Part shown: one piece after another, positions 22,338 through 32,849 of the stretch
Layout of the letters: every line of letters begins with the position of its first letter
Position numbering within the stretch: position 1 is the stretch's first letter
Assembly (NCBI RefSeq): GCF_000189555.1
Contig: NC_017276.1
DNA from: Saccharolobus islandicus REY15A
GTDB taxonomy: Archaea; Thermoproteota; Thermoprotei_A; Sulfolobales; Sulfolobaceae
Length of the DNA: 64,000 bases
Reading direction: 5' to 3' (one strand)
Translations under genes and position numbers: made by a program
Notes under the pieces: generated by a model
Seen by the model: only the letters and a program-made list of their open reading frames with translations
Told to the model about the DNA's origin: nothing
The model's database searches: none

Positions 22338-22742
22338 ATGACAGATATTGTAACTGAAAAGCTTAAGGAAGAACTAAGGAAGAAGTTAGGAAGGGAAATT
22401 CCCAACGTTTTAGTTGAGTTTGTTAATTACCTCCCTCCTCAAGTATTGGCATATGTGAGAGCTAACGATTACACAATATATGTAAACTACGAGCAGTATA
22501 TGAGAGCTAAGAGAATGGGATATGAATACGAGTATTTGTACGTTATACTACTGCACGAATACTTACACGTGGTTGGGATTGCCGATGAAAGGGAGGTAAG
22601 AAGGATAGATTTAGAAATGGTGAGGGATAAGTTTGGTGAAAATAGCACAGCGTATAAGATAGCCTTAAATTTGGCTGATCCTAGAGATATATATTTAAAC
22701 GAGTCTCAAAGGTTGGGTGGAAAGCCAAACACCTTCATGTAA
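22338..22742 (+). CDS. Small zincin-like metallopeptidase-fold protein
   Basis: ILLHEYLHVVG (HExxH) followed by DEREV; start at 22338 inferred. Confidence 0.6.
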   Translation: MTDIVTEKLKEELRKKLGREIPNVLVEFVNYLPPQVLAYVRANDYTIYVNYEQYMRAKRMGYEYEYLYVILLHEYLHVVGIADEREVRRIDLEMVRDKFGENSTAYKIALNLADPRDIYLNESQRLGGKPNTFM

Positions 22743-22919
22743 AAAAGCATTTCTTTTATTATTTAATACGTTTTATTTAAGTATAGTGACTTATCTAAAT
22801 TGAGAACAAAATGTTTATATAGAAAAGAAAGATTTCCTCTTGTGGAAGAGAAAGTAGAAATTTATGGTAATGATTATGACGAGAAGCTTCCTATAATATT
22901 TGCTGACCCAACTTCTTAA

Positions 22920-24181
22920 CTTTACGGGGGTTAAGGGGGCGAAAGACCCCTTCCGTGAGCGGTAGACCCAAAATCACCTCCTTAAAAATAAATCTATAGT
23001 ATAAATAAGCGTTTTAATTACATTAAATGTAAAATTCTCTGGATTGAATAAATCAGGAAATAAAAGAATTAATAATAATCTAAACTCCTCTCTCCCCACC
23101 TCCCCCTTGAATATGGTATATAAGGAGTAGAGTACAAGGGCCAGCACGAAGATCAACGTGCGGAAAACAAACTTAGTAGAACTAGTAAATGGAAGAAAAG
23201 CCTTAATGTTCCTATAAGAGGTCTCTATGGGACCTCTTACCTTATTGTACAAATCCAACACTTCCCTCTTGGATAGGTCTAGGTTAGTAGCCCTAGCGAA
23301 GTAAACAAGACTCTTCTTCTTTCTCCCCACTTTTTCCTTGCTGTACACGAGAAGCCTGAACTTGACCTGCTCATCCCTCCTATGCCTCTTACTATTAGTT
23401 GTGTAATCCCCGTCAAACTCCTCGTACACCTTCACGTCCCCAACCGGAACAGCAATTATGTATTTAAACTGTGAAATGAAGTTGAGCACATCAACAGTAT
23501 AGAAACCAGCGTCAAGAGTTATCAACCTTATCTTGAATCCCATTACTTGTTCAACAAGAGCCTTCACTATCTCGTCCTTAGTCATACCGTTCACTTGCGG
23601 CAAGTAAAATCACTTTCCCCTTATACTTGGTTGTTGCAGTTGCGTAGTTCCACGAGTTTCCTTTTTCAGAGCTCCCGAGCCCTTTCACTGGTTTCCCATA
23701 CCACGTCTTGGTTGTCCAGTCTATTGAGAGATCTATCTCATTCACTCCCTTTAATATCTCCAAGGATATTTTCCTAGCTCTTTCCAATAGCTTTTCAGTC
23801 ACTTCCATCCCTTGTTTATCTACGTAATTCCTCACGGTCTGTGGGGATACGTCATACGCTCTGGACTTGTTCTCTACTGAATCGTTCCACAAACACGCGG
23901 AGATGAGAGTTTTCGCTACCTCCTCTACCTTTTCCCCTTGGAAGTTCAACATGGAAAGTAATTTATATCCTATTTGTTGAATTTTGGTGAGGGAGACCTG
24001 GTGTTACCATCTTCCTATGTCACGTGGTAATACGCCATCTCCCTCACCTTAAACCCTTTCTTCAATTGAATTCTTTATACTCTTATAAATTTCTTTATCT
24101 TTTATCAATTCGATATTATCCTACCAGAAATATTTTTTCTAATATGATTTTGGGTCTACCGGTAAGGGCGGGGTTGTTCAC
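22920..24181 (+). mobile_element. Ends of a minimal IS605/SMN-type element interrupted by an ISH3-family IS
   Basis: 22920-22959 matches the SMN left end (GGGGTTAAGGGGGCGAAAG.CCCCTTCCGT); 24162-24181 matches the right end (GTAAGGGCGGGGTTGTTCAC). Confidence 0.75.
22960..24161 (-). mobile_element. ISH3-family IS (ISC1200-like, 1202 bp) with frameshifted transposase
   Basis: 17-bp perfect TIR CGGTAGACCCAAAATCA / TGATTTTGGGTCTACCG; flanks GTGAG/GTAAG; transposase broken near 23985 and 23603. Confidence 0.88.
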
Positions 24182-24384
24182 ATGCCAAACTGATCAAATC
24201 TAGAATAAACGATTTTAGGAGTAAGCCAAGTGAGTTAATAAGGCCTGAAAGGATAAAGAGGAAAAATTTAACTTGCCCATAAAAACTTTTTAATTTTGAG
24301 GAATAAATTTGATCATTATATAAGGGACAAAGCTATTCATTTGCATAAAAAATCCTTTTATTAACTCACGTATAATTGTTTATT

Positions 24385-25728
24385 ATGGATTTCACCGAAT
24401 TAAAAGATATCGAGCAAAAGGTAGAGGAAAGGGAGGATTTTTCCGGAGAGAAAGTAAGACCATTAGGCGTATTCTTCCCTAAGGATGAGGATGAAGTCGT
24501 TAGGATTGTTAGATTTGCTAAGAAAAATAGATTACCCATAATACCATGGGGTCAAGGAACTAGTTTAACTGGAGCTGTTTCGTGCGATAAAAACTGTATA
24601 CTAGTAGACCTATCTAAAATGAATAAAATTTTAGAGATAAACGATATTGATTGGTACGTAAGAGTCCAACCAGGGATTAAATTAATAGACCTCTTCGAGG
24701 AACTAGAGAAAAAAGGCTTTATGTTACCTCCAGATCCAGCAAGCTTCTTTTTATGCTCAGTTGGTGGGGCAGTAGCTGAATCCTCTGGAGGGATGAAGGG
24801 TGTAAGGTATGGTTCATTCAGGGAATGGGTATTATCTTTACGTGTTGTTTTACCAAATGGGGAGGTAATTAAGGTCGGAGAACCATTGAGGAAGAATAGG
24901 GCCGGATATGATTTGGTTCATTTATTCGTTGGAAGTGAGGGAACTTTAGGTATCGTAACGGAAATCTGGTTGAGGATAATACCAATTCCAAAGAGAAAGA
25001 TGGTTATGATAGCTGCAATGTTAAAGGATTTTGAATCCGCTGGAGAAGTTATAGTAGGCTTGAGGAAGAATAAGATATTGCCAGAGTTGTCAGAGTACGT
25101 TGATGCTGATGTAGTCAAAGCGTTAAATAAACACTTGAGTGCAAACCTCAAGGAAACAGAGGGAGGGATGTTATTAATTTCAATAGAGGAAGATAGTGTC
25201 GATGATGTGTTAAAAGTATTAGAGGGAAAGACAGTTGATATTAAGATTGCTGAAGGTGAAGAGGCAGAGAAATTGTATTCATTGAGATCACAAGCTGCAA
25301 TAGCAGTGAAAGCTGAATCAAATAAAGTATTTTACGCTGAAGATATAGTAGTACCAGTTTCTAAACTGCCAGAAGCTATAAGGAGACTCAGAGAAATAGG
25401 TGAGAAGTATAATACTAAATTCTACGTTATCTCGCATATAGGTGATGGTAATCTTCATCCAAACATAATAATTGAGGATAAGGTAGCAAGGGAAAATGCA
25501 TTTGAGGAAATAGCTAGAATGGCGATTGAGCTTGGGGGTTCTGTTAGTGGAGAGCATGGAATTGGTGTGCAGAAGGCTAAGTTAATGGCTGAGCAAATAG
25601 TTAAACATAATGGCGTTAGTGTATTGGATTTAATGTATCATATAAAGAAGTTAATTGATCCAGATGATATAATGAACCCTGACAAGTATGTCGAATTGGC
25701 ATATAAGTTTTTAACTTCTAGGGGGTAG
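24385..25728 (+). CDS. FAD-binding oxidase (GlcD/D-lactate dehydrogenase family)
   Basis: [23 protein letters not shown] and GEHGIG motifs. Confidence 0.9.
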   Translation: MDFTELKDIEQKVEEREDFSGEKVRPLGVFFPKDEDEVVRIVRFAKKNRLPIIPWGQGTSLTGAVSCDKNCILVDLSKMNKILEINDIDWYVRVQPGIKLIDLFEELEKKGFMLPPDPASFFLCSVGGAVAESSGGMKGVRYGSFREWVLSLRVVLPNGEVIKVGEPLRKNRAGYDLVHLFVGSEGTLGIVTEIWLRIIPIPKRKMVMIAAMLKDFESAGEVIVGLRKNKILPELSEYVDADVVKALNKHLSANLKETEGGMLLISIEEDSVDDVLKVLEGKTVDIKIAEGEEAEKLYSLRSQAAIAVKAESNKVFYAEDIVVPVSKLPEAIRRLREIGEKYNTKFYVISHIGDGNLHPNIIIEDKVARENAFEEIARMAIELGGSVSGEHGIGVQKAKLMAEQIVKHNGVSVLDLMYHIKKLIDPDDIMNPDKYVELAYKFLTSRG

Positions 25729-25801
25729 AAGTGCTATTTGATCCTTACCCAAAAACTGAAAGTAGAGATTTCTTCCATAGGGAAAACGAAATTCCTTAAC
25801 G

Positions 25802-26197
25802 TTAAAATTCCGCATTAACTTTCTTCTTTAATTCTTCGTCGTTCGATACAATCTCTAATCCATTCTCTAACGCTGTTGTAACGTGAATAGAATCTTCGAT
25901 ATCTATACTGTATTTTCTAACGTTTTCAACAATTTTACTCCACTCTGGGAGTTCTAAATATCCTATTCCTAAAGACTCAAGGGCTGTGATTGCTGTTTTA
26001 ATGAAATTATAGTCCTTTATTGATTTACCGAGTATTCTACTTAATACTATTATTAATAAAAATGGGGTTATAATTGAAGTGTATTTATCATCATCTTTAA
26101 TACTAAGCCACTTCTTAGCTCTTTCACCATATATCCTATCACCAGTTAGATAGTAGACAAAAACATTTACATCAAAATATTTTCCCTTACTTGTCAT
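25802..26197 (-). CDS. vapC: VapC PIN-domain toxin
   Basis: FDVNVFVY...IEDSIHVTTA...SNDEEL acidic tetrad pattern. Confidence 0.85.
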   Translation of the reverse strand: MTSKGKYFDVNVFVYYLTGDRIYGERAKKWLSIKDDDKYTSIITPFLLIIVLSRILGKSIKDYNFIKTAITALESLGIGYLELPEWSKIVENVRKYSIDIEDSIHVTTALENGLEIVSNDEELKKKVNAEF

Positions 26198-26429
26198 TTA
26201 ATAATACCTCAGTTAACGCCTCATTTAGCATTTTATCTATATCCACGTTCTCTAAATCTTTCCTAAATATACCATAATATTTGTCAATATCCACTACTAT
26301 AGACTCTAATATTATTTTAGAACCTTCTACCCTTAACTTTAACTTCTTACTTTTAATTAGTTCTCTCACTTCTTTAGGTATAGTGATTCTACCTCTATCA
26401 TCAATTGTTAATATAAATTCCTTGCCCAC
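26187..26429 (-). CDS. vapB: AbrB/MazE-type VapB antitoxin
   Basis: IDDRGRITIPKEVRE; GTG start at 26429 inferred; overlaps vapC by 11 nt. Confidence 0.8.
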   Translation of the reverse strand: MGKEFILTIDDRGRITIPKEVRELIKSKKLKLRVEGSKIILESIVVDIDKYYGIFRKDLENVDIDKMLNEALTEVLLNDK

Positions 26430-26556
26430 ATATACCCATTTAATAACCCCCAAATATAAACTTTTTCTTTTGCGTTGCTTTGTTGATATCTTCAATTTAT
26501 TTTATAAACATGATATGATATAAGGAGAATTTTTCAGCAATTAATATTTATTTCAA

Positions 26557-26920
26557 CGTTATTCTCAAGCTCATACCCTAATACCTAGAGCCCTACCGAC
26601 TACAGAATTAGCCAAGTGGACCGTCCATGCGTAAGCCCAGAACTTGGCCTCAACCACTTGTCCTAAAAAACTTGTAGCCCTAACAGATTCCCCAAAAGTT
26701 AACAGCAGAGAACAAGGACTCAATCCACCATCTAACACCATAACCCTTCTCCTCCCTATAACGATCATATCCTAACTTCCTAAACTCCCGCACAGCTTTA
26801 CGTCTAGAAGGATAACCGCGCTTAGTAAAAGCGTCCTTTCTGAGAGGAACTACAATCTCAACTCTGGTCTTGTAGACCTCGTTGACGTTATATGTCTCAT
26901 AGTCTTTTAATATTTGCAAA
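26557..26920 (-). mobile_element. 3' remnant of an IS5-family (ISC1058-like) transposase
   Basis: GYGVRWWIESLFSAV / FGESVRATSFLGQVVEA fragments across frameshifts. Confidence 0.7.
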
Positions 26921-27279
26921 GGAGTAAAAGGGTTATTAACTTAGTGGGGATGTTGGGAATGAGTGAGTTAAGGGGTAACTGGCTATATTTTGTATTGACA
27001 AAAGCTATATTCTCTTCGCAATTACTAAGAAAAACGGACTATAATATGTTAAGCTACTGATCTATGGTAAAAATTCAAATTTATTTCAACAACTACTGTT
27101 AATTATCTTTTATAGTTCTCATTACAAACACTTTATTGAATTCTTTATTTAATCACAATGGTATTTACTATAGATTGGAGAGTTTGAAAAGAAATACATA
27201 ACAAGGTCAAGGATTTAGAATTATCTTTTATTTTTTGCTTAAAGAGAACTCACTATGCATAATCTTTTCATTATCTGTT

Positions 27280-27291
27280 TGAAACATGTTT
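27280..27291 (+). promoter_or_regulatory. ARA-box-like operator 1 (TGAAACATGTTT)
   Basis: Core AACATGTT ends 41 nt before ATG 27331; TATA-like ATATTAA follows. Confidence 0.75.
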
Positions 27292-27330
27292 GAAAGAGAT
27301 ATATTAACGACTCATCATTTTGAATTACCT

Positions 27331-28809
27331 ATGGGTAGGGTATTGGAAGAGGTAAAGGAGAATTATGGAAGGCTGAAGCTATATATAAACGGTGAGCTTG
27401 TAGATTCTAAAACTGATACAATAGGTAAGGCATATAATCCAGCTAAAGATGAAGTTATTGCTGAAGTCCCATTCTCAGCTAAAGATGAAGTTAGAGAGGC
27501 TATACAATCAGCTCAAGAGGCATTTGAGAAGTGGAGAGAAGTCCCAATAACTACTAGAATACAATACCTCTTCGCGCTTAAGAATAAGTTAGAGGAGTAT
27601 TCAGAAACAATAGCTAGGATAGTAGTTCAAAACCACGGAAAGACCATCCAAGAGGCCAGAGGGGATATGAGGAGAACTATAGAAAACGTTGAGGCTGCAA
27701 TAAGTGTTGCTTACACTTTATATAAGGGTGAACATCTAGATCAAGTATCTCAAGATATTGATGAAACCGTTGTTAGGGAACCTTTAGGAGTTTTTGGAAT
27801 TATAACTCCATTCAATTTCCCAACAATGGTTCCCTTCTGGTACTTACCATTTGCAATAGTTTTAGGAAATACGGTGGTCATTAAGCCTTCTGAAATAACT
27901 CCAGTACCAATGGATTTTATTATTAAAATTTTTGACGAGGTCAAGTTACCTAGAGGTGTTGTAAATGTCGTTCACGGTGCTAAGGATGTAGTTGACGAGT
28001 TCCTTACGAATAAATTAATCCAAGGTGTAACATTCGTAGGTTCGACGAGAGTAGGAAAGTACATTTATGAAAATGCAGGGAAGAGCGGTAAGAAGGCCAT
28101 TGTTCAAGCAGGAGCTAAGAACTTTGTCGTAGTAATGCCAGATGCTGATTTAAATAAGACAATACCCTCTGTTATCTCAGCGTTCTTTGGCAATGCAGGG
28201 CAAAGATGTTTAGCAGCTGCTAATTTAGTAGCAGTAGGTAATATTTATGACGATGTTAAGAGGAAGTTCATGGAGGCTTCAAAACAATTAAAGATAGGTT
28301 ACGGTTTGGATGAAAGTGTAGACATGGGCCCAGTTGTTACGAAAGACGCTAAAAAGAGGATAATAGGATATATAGAAAAGGGTATAGAAGAAGGAGCAAA
28401 ACTATTGTTAGATGGTAGGGAAGCAAAAGTACTTGACTATCCCAATGGATATTTTCTGGGTCCAACTATATTTGATGAAGTGACACCGGAAATGACGATA
28501 GCAAGGGAGGAGATATTTGGACCAGTAGCGTCAATAATTCATCTAAGAAGTTTAGATGAGGCAATAGATATTATAAACAAGAGCAATTACGGTAATGCGT
28601 CATCAATATTTACCACAAGTGGTTATTATGCTAGAAAGTTCAGGCGTGAGGTCAACGCCGGAAATATAGGCATTAATATAGGTGTAGCTGCGCCAATGGC
28701 GTTCTTTCCATTTGGAGGCAGAAAGGAATCCTTCTTTGGCGTACTGCATGGGCAAATAGATAGCGTAGATTTCTTCACAGATAAAAAGGTAGTAATAACA
28801 AGATGGTAA
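27331..28809 (+). CDS. CoA-acylating (methyl)malonate-semialdehyde dehydrogenase-like ALDH
   Basis: ITPFNFP, KPSE, AGQRCLA, EEIFGP; lacks the usual ELGG Glu (QAGAKN), as in MMSDH; start moved to 27331 because ATG 27286 lies inside the operator. Confidence 0.85.
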   Translation: MGRVLEEVKENYGRLKLYINGELVDSKTDTIGKAYNPAKDEVIAEVPFSAKDEVREAIQSAQEAFEKWREVPITTRIQYLFALKNKLEEYSETIARIVVQNHGKTIQEARGDMRRTIENVEAAISVAYTLYKGEHLDQVSQDIDETVVREPLGVFGIITPFNFPTMVPFWYLPFAIVLGNTVVIKPSEITPVPMDFIIKIFDEVKLPRGVVNVVHGAKDVVDEFLTNKLIQGVTFVGSTRVGKYIYENAGKSGKKAIVQAGAKNFVVVMPDADLNKTIPSVISAFFGNAGQRCLAAANLVAVGNIYDDVKRKFMEASKQLKIGYGLDESVDMGPVVTKDAKKRIIGYIEKGIEEGAKLLLDGREAKVLDYPNGYFLGPTIFDEVTPEMTIAREEIFGPVASIIHLRSLDEAIDIINKSNYGNASSIFTTSGYYARKFRREVNAGNIGINIGVAAPMAFFPFGGRKESFFGVLHGQIDSVDFFTDKKVVITRW

Positions 28810-28833
28810 AAATTAATTTTTACCTTTCTTTTT

Positions 28834-29520
28834 TTAGCTATCCTTTCTTTCCTCTTCTTGCTGCGATATGTTGTTAATTACATTGTAGAATTTTAGGTCG
28901 TCAATATATCGTTTAATTATTCTCGACTCAGCTGATCTTAAATGGTACGTGAAAGTGGATTTACTTATATTTATCAATTTAGATATTTTATCAGACTTAA
29001 TTCTCCTGGGAAAATCAAAATAGCCATTTTTATAAGCCAAAATTAAAGTTTTAAGTTCATATGGAGTCAGTTCATCCTCAGTTACATTTAATTCGTGAGA
29101 GCCAATAAACTCCACATTCCCTTTAGACCTAAGCTTCTCCCTTAATTCATTAATGTAACTTTCATACAATAAAATTCGCCAATATTCCTTTCCATCATAC
29201 TTAAATCCATCTAAGATTATCCCATCTACGGAGTTTATAATGTCCATTACACTATTTTTGTACCTCTTTCTGAAATCAAAAAGTATTTTCTTATTGTCAT
29301 TTGTGAGAGAAATTGATGAGTATCCAATGAAACTATTATTTCTTTTTATCTTATTCATTAAATCCTTGTATTTTTTATCCACAACGATTAGGGACCTAAT
29401 AGAGTTCCTCTCAGTATCTACAGAAAATCTCAAAGTTTTCACAATGTATTTACCAACTAGATTAGTCCAACAGTTCTCATGTTCAACTGAAAACGTAATT
29501 TCCAATAGTCTGTCATTCAT
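28834..29520 (-). CDS. Bacterio-opsin-activator-type (HTH_10) transcriptional regulator
   Basis: C-terminal LTPYELKTLILAYKNGYFDFPRRI...STFTYHLRSAE. Confidence 0.88.
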   Translation of the reverse strand: MNDRLLEITFSVEHENCWTNLVGKYIVKTLRFSVDTERNSIRSLIVVDKKYKDLMNKIKRNNSFIGYSSISLTNDNKKILFDFRKRYKNSVMDIINSVDGIILDGFKYDGKEYWRILLYESYINELREKLRSKGNVEFIGSHELNVTEDELTPYELKTLILAYKNGYFDFPRRIKSDKISKLINISKSTFTYHLRSAESRIIKRYIDDLKFYNVINNISQQEEERKDS

Positions 29521-29703
29521 ACATTTTACCTATAATACTAATTTCTGATAATAATTTTTAAACTTTATTACGAGCCACCCTATCTTAAATTACGGAATCC
29601 AGCAAATTCTTCATAGTAAATTAAGTTTCTATTTAAAAACATTAATGGGGTACTCATTGAGATTTAAATCAATTCATTAATCTAATTTACTTTATTTATC
29701 GTA

Positions 29704-29715
29704 TCAAACATGTTA
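29704..29715 (+). promoter_or_regulatory. ARA-box-like operator 2 (TCAAACATGTTA)
   Basis: Core ends 40 nt before ATG 29754. Confidence 0.75.
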
Positions 29716-29753
29716 GAGAAATCCATATTAGTAGTAACATAAAATCTCTATTG

Positions 29754-30839
29754 ATGAAGGCAGCTAGATTAGTGGAATTTCAAAAGCCTCTGAAGATAGA
29801 GGATCTCGAAGTTCCTAAAGTTGGAAAGGGAGATGTGCTTCTAAAAGTGATAAGCTGTGGAATATGTAGATCAGATTGGCATCTATGGCGTGGAGATCCT
29901 GCTTTGGTAGCATATATGCAGTGGAGTGGTGGTAAGTTACCAATAACTCAAGGTCATGAGGTTTATGGAGAAGTCGTAGAGGTCGGAGAGAGTGTAGCTA
30001 AATTGAAAAAGGGAGATAAGGTAGTCATGCCTGCTTCTTCTACCGGAGATAATAGGACATGCAAATACTGCATGGAAGGAGATTCAAATGTTTGTGATCA
30101 CTTGGTAATAGCTGGTTATGGAATTAATGGGTGCTTTGCTGAGTACATGTTAGTCCCAGAGAGGTCAGTAATTGATCTAGTTAAAGTACCAGATGGAATA
30201 AAGCCAGAGTGGGCTGCTCTAAGTTCTTGTGGTTTTGGAACTTCATGGAACGCGTTTACAATGAAGACTAATTTAAAGCCCGGTGACATGGTGGTCACAA
30301 TCGGAGCAGGAGGGATGGGTTTGAGTGGTATAGTAATAGCTAACGCTCTTGGTGCTAAAGTAATAGCTGTAGACGTTAACGAACGATCTTTAGAGAAAGC
30401 TAAAATATTAGGTAGCATTGAGACTTATAAATATTCTGGTAAGTCTGAAGAATTGAATGAAATAGTAGAGGATATTATGAAGAAGTATGGTTCAGTGGAC
30501 GTAGTGTATGATACTACAGGAATTCCAGAGGCTGTCATACCGTTTTTACCTCTCCTTAGAGTGCATGGGACATTACTATTAGCGGGGCTTATGATGAAGG
30601 GGAAAGAGACTTTTCCATTGCCAGCAGATTTAGTGGTAGCAAGGGAAATCAGAATACAAGGAGTATTAATGTTACCAGCTCAAAAATTCGATACAATATT
30701 TAAATTAATGAAAGAAGGAAAGATTAATCTAGATCCAGTTACGTACAAGACTATAAGCATCTATGATGTCAATGATGCTTACAAGGAAATGAGCGAGTAC
30801 AAAAATGCAGGAAGAATTATTATTAATAAGTTTAGCTAA
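29754..30839 (+). CDS. Zn-dependent alcohol dehydrogenase (MDR family)
   Basis: CGICRSD, GHE, CKYC...C and GAGGMG motifs. Confidence 0.9.
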   Translation: MKAARLVEFQKPLKIEDLEVPKVGKGDVLLKVISCGICRSDWHLWRGDPALVAYMQWSGGKLPITQGHEVYGEVVEVGESVAKLKKGDKVVMPASSTGDNRTCKYCMEGDSNVCDHLVIAGYGINGCFAEYMLVPERSVIDLVKVPDGIKPEWAALSSCGFGTSWNAFTMKTNLKPGDMVVTIGAGGMGLSGIVIANALGAKVIAVDVNERSLEKAKILGSIETYKYSGKSEELNEIVEDIMKKYGSVDVVYDTTGIPEAVIPFLPLLRVHGTLLLAGLMMKGKETFPLPADLVVAREIRIQGVLMLPAQKFDTIFKLMKEGKINLDPVTYKTISIYDVNDAYKEMSEYKNAGRIIINKFS

Positions 30840-30859
30840 ATTTTTCCCTTTTCTAATTG

Positions 30860-30871
30860 TGAAACATGTTT
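30860..30871 (+). promoter_or_regulatory. ARA-box-like operator 3, orphaned (TGAAACATGTTT)
   Basis: Followed by TTATTAA at the usual spacing, then IS debris instead of a gene. Confidence 0.65.
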
Positions 30872-30888
30872 TATAAAGGGTTATTAAC

Positions 30889-31050
30889 CTAGGATAACCT
30901 AAAATTGGAAGATCACCAACACTTGCTATCCTAACAGTCATTGCTTCAAAGTCCACATTATAACTTGCTTTAGGAGTTAACCATACAGTGGGCTTATATA
31001 CTCTCGGAAACCTACCCTTTTTAGGATTATTATACCAACCTATATAGGTT
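30889..31050 (-). pseudogene. tnpB: N-terminal-region fragment of an IS605-family TnpB
   Basis: [50 protein letters not shown] resembles Sulfolobales TnpB (recall). Confidence 0.65.
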
Positions 31051-31055
31051 TTATT

Positions 31056-31685
31056 AGTCGAGGAGAGTAATACTCTCCTCGACTGGGGAAACATGGTCGA
31101 TATACCAACTGAAGCAAAGTCTTCGGAGTGTGGCGTGACTAACCCCTACCGTCGGACTGAAAATTGTGATAAAATTCACGAATATAGGATGATTGAGGGG
31201 CAAGTACCAGATAACCACGTTTTATTAACAATCCCGGGTGTTGGGAGGCTTGCAGCTGGGGTTATTATTGGTATTGTTGGCGATATTAGGCGCTTTCCTA
31301 AACCAGAATCATTTGTTGCTTATTGTGGTCTTGATCCTCTTGTTGAAAGGAGTGGAAAGGCTGTGATAAGTAAGGGTATTTCGAAGAGGGGTAATAAGTA
31401 CTTGCGTAGTTTGTTTTACTTTTTGGCAGGGAGGAATTATTCTAGGAACCCAACATTGTTGAAGTTTTATGAAGCGCACAAGGATAGGCTTCAAGGTAAG
31501 AAGTTATTCACTGCCTTGGCTAGGAAGTTGGCTAGGATTGTTTGGAGTGTTTGGTATAATAATAGGCCTTATGAGCCTAAATAGGTGAACCCTTCCCCCG
31601 AATCGCCACGTGGGTTGAAAGGACCCACGTGGCAATCTTAGCTAATACTATGCTTGAAGTTTGACTGAAAGATTTATTACTGAAC
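31056..31685 (+). mobile_element. Internally deleted IS110-family element
   Basis: Only the C-terminal transposase half remains (TIPGVG, YCGLDP, SG, KRGNKYLR, ALARKLARI); structured non-coding flanks; boundaries approximate. Confidence 0.75.
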
Positions 31686-31877
31686 GCCCCATTTTCTTTA
31701 ATCTCCTCAAGCTTTAGAGTTAGCGAGGTGTGGAGAGGTGAAGGAGAGGTGATATTAAACGGTTCAATAAATGAGGAGCTTGAAGTTTTGAAGGTAAACA
31801 AGATTGAGGGAGGGTATTACTTCAATTGGTCATTTAAGCAATTAGGAGCAAAGATCCTATCTAGGATTTCGAAATAA
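31686..31877 (+). pseudogene. C-terminal remnant of an acetoacetate-decarboxylase-family paralog
   Basis: SEVWRGEGEVILNGSINEELEVLKVNKIEGGYYFNWSFK aligns by eye with [39 protein letters not shown] of the next gene. Confidence 0.65.
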
Positions 31878-31913
31878 TTAGTGAGATATGTTTTTAAGTG
31901 AAATAGGAAAACA

Positions 31914-31925
31914 TGAAACAAGTTT
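31914..31925 (+). promoter_or_regulatory. ARA-box-like operator 4 (TGAAACAAGTTT)
   Basis: Core ends 42 nt before ATG 31966. Confidence 0.7.
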
Positions 31926-31965
31926 AATGGAATGCTTATTTATTAGGCTAGAAGTAGAAGTAACC

Positions 31966-32781
31966 ATGACAAAAAATAACAACTCCAATTTCACCTTACC
32001 CCCCACGAGTAGTGGCAAATCACAAATTGTATTTCAACCGCCATGGTATTATGGAGTTACCTATATTGGAGCTCATGTAAAGTTCACTAAGGACTCTGCA
32101 GAAAAGGTAATTCCAAGATTCCTATCAACTGACGGTGAAGGTTGGGTTTACATTGCCGAATTTATTTCCACATCAGAGGACAATTGGGACTATATGTATC
32201 AAGATCCAGATTTAGTACAATACATGGAGGGAGCTATTGGGTTAAAAGTCAACTTTGAGGGAAAGAATTACTTGTATTTCCCATTCATGTGGGTAGATAA
32301 GGATTGGGCATTGGTAAGAGGTTGGTTAGATGGATATCCAAAGAAAATAGCTAAAATGGCCATGACTAAATTACACCCTCTGCTTCCAAAGTATAATAAA
32401 CCAGAGAGAGGACTAAAGTTGGGAGGATATGCTGTAAGGGGAGGAGGTGTAATGTTTAGAATGCAAGTCGAATTAGAGGAGAGGACTGATTCGCTGCCTC
32501 TTAAAAACTTCGGGCCATTCTTAAATATAAGGAGATTCCCAAGCAGGGGTGAGGGTGAAGTTGACCTATACGAAATAGTAAGTAGAGTTAGGGATGAGAG
32601 CAAATATGGAGAAATATGGAAGGGAAAAGCTAATGTGGAGTTAGGCGGATACGTTAATGATGAAGTTAACTTGCTCGAAATTGAGAGAACTATTGGCGGT
32701 TACCATTATACACTATATTTCAAAGTAACTACTACTCAACTAATAAGTAAGAAAATTGAAGAAGCAATCTCTCTAAAATAA
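31966..32781 (+). CDS. Acetoacetate-decarboxylase-like family protein
   Basis: PPWYYG, YMEGAI and [10 protein letters not shown] (Schiff-base Lys) motifs; start placed at 31966. Confidence 0.82.
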   Translation: MTKNNNSNFTLPPTSSGKSQIVFQPPWYYGVTYIGAHVKFTKDSAEKVIPRFLSTDGEGWVYIAEFISTSEDNWDYMYQDPDLVQYMEGAIGLKVNFEGKNYLYFPFMWVDKDWALVRGWLDGYPKKIAKMAMTKLHPLLPKYNKPERGLKLGGYAVRGGGVMFRMQVELEERTDSLPLKNFGPFLNIRRFPSRGEGEVDLYEIVSRVRDESKYGEIWKGKANVELGGYVNDEVNLLEIERTIGGYHYTLYFKVTTTQLISKKIEEAISLK

Positions 32782-32849
32782 ATATAAAGATATGATATAT
32801 ATTTTTAAGATAACATATGTATGTTAAAAAATAATAATTTGAACTATTA

